Below are positions 48,339 to 55,096 of a DNA stretch of 55,096 bases, in pieces. The DNA lies in NCBI GenBank assembly GCA_027486335.1, contig JAIXPK010000571.1:1-55096 (forward strand). Direction: 5' to 3'. This DNA is from Verrucomicrobiaceae bacterium. Lineage in GTDB: Bacteria; Verrucomicrobiota; Verrucomicrobiia; Verrucomicrobiales; V1-33. The notes under the pieces were generated by a model. That model worked only from the letters and a program-made list of their open reading frames with translations, ran no database searches and was not told the origin of the DNA. The position numbers and the translations under genes were made by a program. Numbering within the stretch: the stretch's first letter is position 1; each line of letters begins with the position of its first letter.

Positions 48339-51300
48339 ATGCACTCAATGATCAAATGGTTCGCCCGCAATCACGTGGCCTCGAACCTCCTCATGTGGCT
48401 CATGCTCCTCCTCGGAGCCTTCCTCGCATGGAAAAAAATCCCCGTCGAATACTTCCCCGAAAACGAACCCGACGAGGTCCGCGTCTCCATGTCCTACCGC
48501 GGTGCCACCCCCGCTGAAGTCGAAGAAGGCATCGTCATTAAACTCGAAAACGCCGTCCGCGACCTCCCCGGCATCCGCGAAATCCGCAGCTTCTCCTCCG
48601 AAGGAAGCGGCGAAATCGAAATCGAAGTCGAAAAAGGCAACGACCCCCGCCAGCTCCTCGACGACATCAAAAACCGCGTCGACGCCATCAATACCTTCAC
48701 CGCCGACATGGAACGGCCGGTCGTCGCCCTCAACCAGCGCACCATGTCCGCCGTCACCGTCATCGTCGGCGCTGACATGTCCGCTCACGACCTCCGCAGG
48801 CTCGGCGAAACCGTCCGCGACCAGCTCACCATGCTCCCTGGCATCACCCTCGCCAATCTCCGCGGGGTTCGCCCATACGAAATCTCCATCGAAATCGCCG
48901 AGGAAAGTCTCCGCCGTTACGGCATGTCCATCGCCGATGTCTCCGCCGCCATCCGCCGCAATAGCATCGACATCCCCGCAGGTGGCGTCAAAACCGCCGC
49001 CGGAGACGTCCTCCTCCGCACCAAGGGCCAGGCCTACCGCCGCGACGAATTCGAAAACCTCGTCCTCCGCGCCGAACCCAACGGAGCCCGCGTCCTCCTC
49101 AAGGACGTCGCCACCATCAGCGACGACTTCAACGAGGACCCGCTCTACTGCATCTACAACGGTAAACCCAGTGTCTTCGTCCGCGTCGAACGCACCGGCG
49201 ACCAGAACCTCCTAACCGTCACCGATTCCGTCAAGGAATGGATCAAAACCGCCGGCGACCGTCTCCCCGCAGGCGTCGAACTCAGTCTCTGGCGCGACAA
49301 CTCCCGCCCAGTCCGCGAACGTCTCTCCTACCTCCTCTGGAACGGTCTCCAGGGCGGTGCCCTCGTCTTCATCACCCTCGCCCTCTTCCTCCGCATCTCC
49401 TTCGCCTTCTGGGTCGTCCTCGGCATCCCCATCGCCTTCGCCGGCGGCCTCATCGTGATGCACTACCTCGGCTTCACGATCAACATGTTCAGCCTCTTCG
49501 GCTTCATCGTCGTCATGGGCATCATCACAGACGACGCCATCGTCGTCGGCGAATCCGTCTACAGTCACGCCAAACTCGGCAAATCCCCGGAAGACGCCGC
49601 CATCGAAGGAACCCTCGACGTCGCCACCCCAGTCACCTTCGGCGTCCTCACCGTCGTCGTCGCCTTCCTCCCCCTCCTCGTCATGACCGGCCGCTGGGGC
49701 TCCTTCTTCGAACAAATCCCCGTCGTCGTCGTCCCCGTCCTCCTCGCCTCTCTCATCGAAAGCAAACTCATCCTCCCCGCCCACCTCTCCTCCATCCGCT
49801 GGGACCGCAAACCCTCACGCTTCGGCCGCATCCAGCAGGGCATCGCCGACTGGCTCGACTCCTTCGTCGTCCAGAAGCTCTACCTCCCGATGCTCAAGGT
49901 CGCCATGGAGCACCGCTACGCCACCCTCGCCCTCTTCATCGGCATCCTCGCCATCAGCTTCGGTACCCTCAAAGGCGGTCACCTCAAATGGGTCCCCTTC
50001 CCCCGCTTCCAGTCCGACTCCGTCTCCGGTCAGCTCGAAATGAGCCTCGGCACCCCCGCCCACGTCACCGAGGCCCACATGCGCCACATGATCGAAACCG
50101 CAGGCACCATTCAGAAGAAGTACCTCAACGCCTCCACCGGCCGCAGCGAGGTCATGAACATCATGGCCGTCATGGGCTCCATGGGCGCTAGCATGGCCCG
50201 CGTCGGCAGCTCCGGCGCTTCCCACATCTGCGAGGTCGTCCTCGAACTCCCACCTCCCGAAGAACGCACCATCGACACCGAAGCCCTCAAAAGCGAATGG
50301 CGTAAACTCATCGGCGAAATCCCCGGTGCCCGCGAACTCCGCTTCCAGGACTCATGGGGCACCGGCCGCCCACCTCTCGACATCCAGATCAGCGGCCAGG
50401 ACCTCGCCGAAATGCTCGCCGTCTCCGAAAAACTCCAGGAACACCTCAAAACCTACGACGGCATCAACGACGTCTACGACGACTACGCCACCGGCAAACA
50501 GGAAATCCAGATTGTTAGCGTCAAACCGGAAGCCGAAGCCCGCGGCGTCACCCGCGAAATCCTCGCCCGTCAGCTCCGCCAGGCCTTCTTCGGCGACGAA
50601 GCCCAGCGCATCCAGCGCGGCCGCGACGATGTCCGCGTCATGGTCCGCTACCCCAAAGACGAACGCACCAGTCTCGACAATCTCGAGAAAATGCTCATCC
50701 GCGCCCCCGACGGCTCCGAAATCCCCTTCTCCTCCGCCGCAGAATTCCGCTTCGGCCGCAGCCCAACCTCCATCCGCCGCTTCAACCGCGCCCGCGTCAT
50801 CCACGTCCTCGCCGACATCGACCAGAAAGCCGCAGACATCATCGCCGTCCGCGCCGCCATCGACGCCCACCTCAAGGAGCTCGTCCGCGAATACCCCTCC
50901 CTCACCCTATCCATCGAAGGCGAAGCCCGCGAGGAACGCGAATCCTTCGAAACGCTCATCTGGGGCCTCGTCTTCGTCCTCTTCGCGCTCTACACGCTCA
51001 TGGCCATCCCCTTCAAGAGCTACTGGCTGCCCCTCATCATCCTCCTCGTCATCCCCTTCGGCTGGATCGGCGCAGCCCTCGGCCATCTCATCAAGGGCAT
51101 GGCCATCTCCTTCTTCTCGGTCCTCGGCATGCTCACCCTCAGCGGGGTCGTCGTGAACGACAGTCTCGTCCTCGTCGATTACGTCAACAAATGCCGCGAC
51201 GAAGGCATGTCCGTCCCGGACGCCGCTCGCGCCGCAGGCACTTCCCGCTTCCGCGCTATCTTCCTGACAAACCTCACCACCTTCGCAGGCCTCGTCCCCA

Positions 51301-51506
51301 TCATCTTCCAGGGCACGCTCAGCGAGAACTTCCTCAACCAGATGTCCATCAGCATCGCCTTCGGGGTCATGTTCTCCTTCACCGTCACGCTCTTCCTCGT
51401 CCCCATCAATTACCTCGTCCTCGACGACATCAGCCGTCTCCTCGCCCGCCTCCGCGGCCCATCCCCCGCCCCCCACCAACCCGCCTCCCCTGCCTCCACC
51501 GTCTGA
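48339..51506 (+). CDS. RND efflux permease (AcrB family)
   Basis: 1055 aa, two TM clusters, GIITDDAIVVGE, GVVVNDSLVLVD, RFRAIFLT. Confidence 0.95.
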   Translation: MHSMIKWFARNHVASNLLMWLMLLLGAFLAWKKIPVEYFPENEPDEVRVSMSYRGATPAEVEEGIVIKLENAVRDLPGIREIRSFSSEGSGEIEIEVEKGNDPRQLLDDIKNRVDAINTFTADMERPVVALNQRTMSAVTVIVGADMSAHDLRRLGETVRDQLTMLPGITLANLRGVRPYEISIEIAEESLRRYGMSIADVSAAIRRNSIDIPAGGVKTAAGDVLLRTKGQAYRRDEFENLVLRAEPNGARVLLKDVATISDDFNEDPLYCIYNGKPSVFVRVERTGDQNLLTVTDSVKEWIKTAGDRLPAGVELSLWRDNSRPVRERLSYLLWNGLQGGALVFITLALFLRISFAFWVVLGIPIAFAGGLIVMHYLGFTINMFSLFGFIVVMGIITDDAIVVGESVYSHAKLGKSPEDAAIEGTLDVATPVTFGVLTVVVAFLPLLVMTGRWGSFFEQIPVVVVPVLLASLIESKLILPAHLSSIRWDRKPSRFGRIQQGIADWLDSFVVQKLYLPMLKVAMEHRYATLALFIGILAISFGTLKGGHLKWVPFPRFQSDSVSGQLEMSLGTPAHVTEAHMRHMIETAGTIQKKYLNASTGRSEVMNIMAVMGSMGASMARVGSSGASHICEVVLELPPPEERTIDTEALKSEWRKLIGEIPGARELRFQDSWGTGRPPLDIQISGQDLAEMLAVSEKLQEHLKTYDGINDVYDDYATGKQEIQIVSVKPEAEARGVTREILARQLRQAFFGDEAQRIQRGRDDVRVMVRYPKDERTSLDNLEKMLIRAPDGSEIPFSSAAEFRFGRSPTSIRRFNRARVIHVLADIDQKAADIIAVRAAIDAHLKELVREYPSLTLSIEGEAREERESFETLIWGLVFVLFALYTLMAIPFKSYWLPLIILLVIPFGWIGAALGHLIKGMAISFFSVLGMLTLSGVVVNDSLVLVDYVNKCRDEGMSVPDAARAAGTSRFRAIFLTNLTTFAGLVPIIFQGTLSENFLNQMSISIAFGVMFSFTVTLFLVPINYLVLDDISRLLARLRGPSPAPHQPASPASTV

Positions 51507-51584
51507 TTTTCATATCAGTCGAGGGCGGATTTTGTATGCACGGCCGCCTTGCCGCACCACGTCTCTCCCCATATCCATTACACC

Positions 51585-54500
51585 ATGCAGAAGTTCCTCC
51601 TCCTCTCCGCAGGCCTCCTCGCCGCCTCTCCAGCCGCTGCCCAGCGGCTCGAAGTCCTCTTCCTCGGCGACAACGGCCACCACGAACCCGCCGAACGCTT
51701 CCCCCAGCTCCTCAAGGGCCTCGGCCCCCTCGGTGTCAATCTCACCTACACCAGCAGCGCCGATGACCTGAACCCTGACACCCTCGGGCACTACGACGCC
51801 CTCATGGTCTACGCCAACATCGACGCCATCACCCCTCCCCAAGAAAAGGCCCTCCTCGACTACGTCCGCAGCGGCCACGGCTTCGTCCCCCTCCACTGCG
51901 CCAGCTACTGCTTCCGCAATTCCATGCAGGTCGTCCAGATGATCGGCGGCCAGTTCAAAAGCCACGGCACCGGCACGTTCAATACCTCCATCACGGACCT
52001 CAACCACCCCATCATGAAGGGCTTCAAACCCTTCGAAACATGGGACGAAACCTACGTCCACCACCTCGGTAACCCAGACCGCGTCATCCTCCAGAAACGC
52101 GAGGAAGAACCCTACACATGGGTCCGCTCCGAAGGCAAAGGCCGCGTCTTCTACACCGCCTACGGCCACGACGCCCGCACCTTCGCCAACCCAGGCTTCC
52201 ATGACCTCGTCTTCCGCGGCACGCTCTGGGCCGTCGGCGACGACCGCGCCGCCAAGTTCACCGCATGGAAACCAAAACCCTTCGAGTACTCCGCCGAAGG
52301 TCAGGTCCCTAACTACGAGCGCCGCAACCCCGCCCCGCAGCTCCAGCTCCCCCTCCCCGTCGAGGAAAGCCGCAAGCACATCCAGGTCCCCGCTGGCTAC
52401 CGCCTCGAAACCATCGCCACCGAACCGCTCATCTACAATGTCATCGACATGAAGTGGGACGAGCTCGGCCGCCCATGGATCGTCGAAACCAAGGACTACC
52501 CCAACGTCATCAAAAAACAGGAGGACGGCAGCGACCGCATCTCTTTCCTCGAGGACTCCAACGGCGACGGGCTCATGGATAAATCCACGGTCTTCGCCGA
52601 CAAGATCAACATCCCCACCAGCATGGTCTTCGCCAACGGCGGGGTCATCGTCAGCGCCGCCCCGGACACCATCTTCCTCAAGGACACCAACGGCGACGGC
52701 AAAGCCGATGAACGCAAGATCCTCTTCTCCGGCTGGGGCAAGGGCGACACCCACGCCGGCCCTAGCAATCTCCACTACGGCTTCGACGGCTGGGTCTGGG
52801 GCTGCGTCGGCTACTCCGGCTTCGGCGGTGTCGTCGGCGGCGAAGAACACCGCTTCGGCCAAGGGGTCTTCCGCTTCAAACCCGATGGCTCCAAACTCGA
52901 ATTCCTCGGGCCCACCTCCAACAACACATGGGGCTTCGCCTTCAACGAAAACGGCGATGTCTTCGGCTCCACCGCCAATAACCAGAGCAGCTTCTACATG
53001 CCCATCCCCCTCACCGCCGCCAAAGGCGTCGAAGGGTTCGAAATCTATGACCGGCTCCCCGGCATCGATTCCAACAAGCGCATGTGGACCATCATGGATA
53101 AACTCCGCCAGGTCGATGTCTTCGGCGGTTACACCGCCGCCGCCGGCCACGAAATCTACACCGCTCGGCGCTTCCCTCAGGAAACATGGAACCGCATGGC
53201 CCTCGTGACCGAACCCACCGGCCACGTCGTCTACCGCGCCATGCTCAAACAGGAAGGCACTCACTTCACCGCAGAAAACGGCTGGAACCTCATGGCCGGC
53301 GCCGACGAATGGGTCGCCCCAGTCCACGCCTCCACCGGCCCCGACGGAGCCGTCTGGGTCAGCGACTGGTACTCGTTCATCGTCCAGCACAACCCCACGC
53401 CTAGCGAAAACAACGGCGGCTTCCGCGCCACCAACGGTCAGGGCAACGCCTTCGTCTCCACGCTCCGCGACACCGAACGCTGCCGCATCTACCGCATCGT
53501 CCCGGAAAACTCCAAGGCCCCCGAAGCCCTCAAGCTCTCCAAGGACCAGCCCGCCACCCTCCTCGCCGCCCTCAAATCCGATAACCTCCTCTGGCGTCTC
53601 CACGGGCAGCGGCTCCTCATCGAACGCGCCCAGCAGGACGTCGTCCCACAACTCCTCGAACTCCTGGCCGACCAGTCCACCGACGCCATCGGCATCAACG
53701 GCGGCGCGCTCCACGCGCTCTGGTCACTCCACGGTCTCGGCGCTGTCCAGGGAGGCAATCCCGCCGTCCAACGCGCGGTCCTCGCTTCCCTCAAGCACCC
53801 GGCTCAAGGCGTCCGCCGCGCCGCCCTCAAGGTGCTCCCACGCGACGAAGCCACCGTCGCCGCCATCCTCGAAAATCAGCTCCTCGCTGACAAGGAACCT
53901 CTCGTCCGTCTCGGCGCACTCCTCGAACTCTGCTCGCTCCCGCCTTCCGCCCCAGCCGGCGCGGCCATCTACGCCATGAAGGCCGATAAGACAAACATGG
54001 AAGACCGCTGGATCCCCTACGGCCGCGCCCTCGCCGCCACCCACCACGCCGAGGGCTTCCTCGCCGCCGCCCTCAAGGACGAACCCTCCGCCGACGCCCC
54101 CAAAGAAGAAATCAAACCCGTCGAAGCCCCCAAGAACCTCATCAACAACGGTTCCTTCGAATCCGTCGACGGCAAGCTCCCCACCGGCTGGCAAGTCCGC
54201 ACCTACTCCGGTTCCGCCTCCCACGAGGTCGTCGATGGCGGCCGCAATGGCGGCAAGTGCATCCTCATCAACTCCGCCAACGGCGCAGACACTAGCTTCC
54301 ACTTCGACCTCGATCTCGACCAGAACTGCGACTACCTCCTCACCGGCTGGGTCAAAACCGAGGACTTCAAACTCAAAGGCGGCCAGGGCGCCATGATCCA
54401 GCTCCACATGCTCAACGGCAAACAACCGACCTCCAAAAAACTCAAGGGCACCAACGACTGGACTCAACTCGAACTCCGCTTCTCCTCCGGCCGTCAGCGC

Positions 54501-55096
54501 GAGCTCTCCATCAACTGTCTCTACGCCGGCTGGGGCCACGCCACCGGTAAAGCATGGTGGGACGACCTCAGTCTCGTCAAACTCGGCCCCTCCAAAGGCG
54601 GCGCAGCCATCGCAGGCCTCGAAGACGTCAACTCTCTGGTCGCTCAGAACCTGAACGCCTTCACCCCAGCCGACGCCCTCAAACGCGTCGCCACCCTCGC
54701 CGACGCCAAACCCTCCGCCCTCTCCCGCGCCATCAAAACCGCCCTCACAGGAGCCAAGGCCGGTGCCGCCACCGTCGAAACCGAAGAGGAACTCGCCAAA
54801 ACCCACCAGATCATCCGGGTCAAATCCACCATCGGTACTCTCCAGTACGACGTGAAAGAGTTCTCCGTCAAAGCCGGTCAGCCAGTCGCCATCGTCTACG
54901 AAAACCCCGACCAGCTCCAGCACAACCTCATCGTCACCTCCCCAGGCTCCTACGACCGCATCGGCGCTGAAGCCGATAAAATGATGGCCGCCCCGGACGG
55001 TCTCGCCCGCTCCTACATCCCAGACGTCCCAGACGTCCTCGCCAAGAGCAAGCTCCTCGACCCCGCTGGCAAAGCCATCATCAAATTCACCCCGGA
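51585..55096 (+). CDS. ThuA + PVC membrane-bound dehydrogenase propeller + HEAT + CBM-like + cupredoxin-like protein (partial, runs off the edge)
   Basis: Not in the ORF track because it has no stop in the window. MQKFLLLS signal; LEVLFLGDNGHH; GFVPLHCAS; GRVFYTAYGH; GRPWIVETKDYPN; DTNGDGKAD; DTHAGPSN; GPDGAVWVSDWY; NLINNGSFE; YENPDQLQHNLIV. Confidence 0.9.
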   Translation, partial: MQKFLLLSAGLLAASPAAAQRLEVLFLGDNGHHEPAERFPQLLKGLGPLGVNLTYTSSADDLNPDTLGHYDALMVYANIDAITPPQEKALLDYVRSGHGFVPLHCASYCFRNSMQVVQMIGGQFKSHGTGTFNTSITDLNHPIMKGFKPFETWDETYVHHLGNPDRVILQKREEEPYTWVRSEGKGRVFYTAYGHDARTFANPGFHDLVFRGTLWAVGDDRAAKFTAWKPKPFEYSAEGQVPNYERRNPAPQLQLPLPVEESRKHIQVPAGYRLETIATEPLIYNVIDMKWDELGRPWIVETKDYPNVIKKQEDGSDRISFLEDSNGDGLMDKSTVFADKINIPTSMVFANGGVIVSAAPDTIFLKDTNGDGKADERKILFSGWGKGDTHAGPSNLHYGFDGWVWGCVGYSGFGGVVGGEEHRFGQGVFRFKPDGSKLEFLGPTSNNTWGFAFNENGDVFGSTANNQSSFYMPIPLTAAKGVEGFEIYDRLPGIDSNKRMWTIMDKLRQVDVFGGYTAAAGHEIYTARRFPQETWNRMALVTEPTGHVVYRAMLKQEGTHFTAENGWNLMAGADEWVAPVHASTGPDGAVWVSDWYSFIVQHNPTPSENNGGFRATNGQGNAFVSTLRDTERCRIYRIVPENSKAPEALKLSKDQPATLLAALKSDNLLWRLHGQRLLIERAQQDVVPQLLELLADQSTDAIGINGGALHALWSLHGLGAVQGGNPAVQRAVLASLKHPAQGVRRAALKVLPRDEATVAAILENQLLADKEPLVRLGALLELCSLPPSAPAGAAIYAMKADKTNMEDRWIPYGRALAATHHAEGFLAAALKDEPSADAPKEEIKPVEAPKNLINNGSFESVDGKLPTGWQVRTYSGSASHEVVDGGRNGGKCILINSANGADTSFHFDLDLDQNCDYLLTGWVKTEDFKLKGGQGAMIQLHMLNGKQPTSKKLKGTNDWTQLELRFSSGRQRELSINCLYAGWGHATGKAWWDDLSLVKLGPSKGGAAIAGLEDVNSLVAQNLNAFTPADALKRVATLADAKPSALSRAIKTALTGAKAGAATVETEEELAKTHQIIRVKSTIGTLQYDVKEFSVKAGQPVAIVYENPDQLQHNLIVTSPGSYDRIGAEADKMMAAPDGLARSYIPDVPDVLAKSKLLDPAGKAIIKFTP

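Noticed and set aside
39106-54923. Long antisense or alternate-frame ORFs (39106-40851, 46257-47618, 51510-53714, 53724-54923 and similar)
   Set aside because: Shadows of well-supported genes; the biased codon usage removes stop codons and the translations are low-complexity (G/V/E/D- or P/S/R-rich)
1-55096. DGR reverse transcriptase, avd or template repeat; CRISPR array; integrase; intact transposase; prophage genes
   Set aside because: None recognised by eye; a short diverged template repeat could have been missed

Overview
High-GC bacterial DNA, most consistent with a PVC-superphylum organism (probably Verrucomicrobiota), in two parts. Left (~1.2-30 kb): an accessory, partly decaying region with planctomycete-type cytochrome modules (DUF1549/DUF1553 + DUF1501; DUF1592 + DUF1552; intact, deleted and pseudogenised copies), secreted beta-helix/beta-propeller proteins and an OmpR-family two-component system. 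Right (~32.6-55 kb): mostly housekeeping DNA with extreme strand-specific C skew, holding a Ser/Thr kinase-WD40 gene, uvrB, tRNA-Leu, der, a large surface protein, tRNA-Glu, thiG, chdC, a YgfZ-like gene, an oxidoreductase, an RND permease and a partial ThuA/PVC dehydrogenase gene. Best leads: (1) a caspase + FGE-sulfatase (C-type lectin fold) gene whose 3' end looks like a DGR variable region, with no RT or template seen in the window, lying between two copies of a kinase 5' end; (2) a near-identical 20-bp direct-repeat box at the same position upstream of two beta-helix genes near the two-component system; (3) unusual GC-skew structure. All domain calls were made by eye from motifs; no database searches were run.
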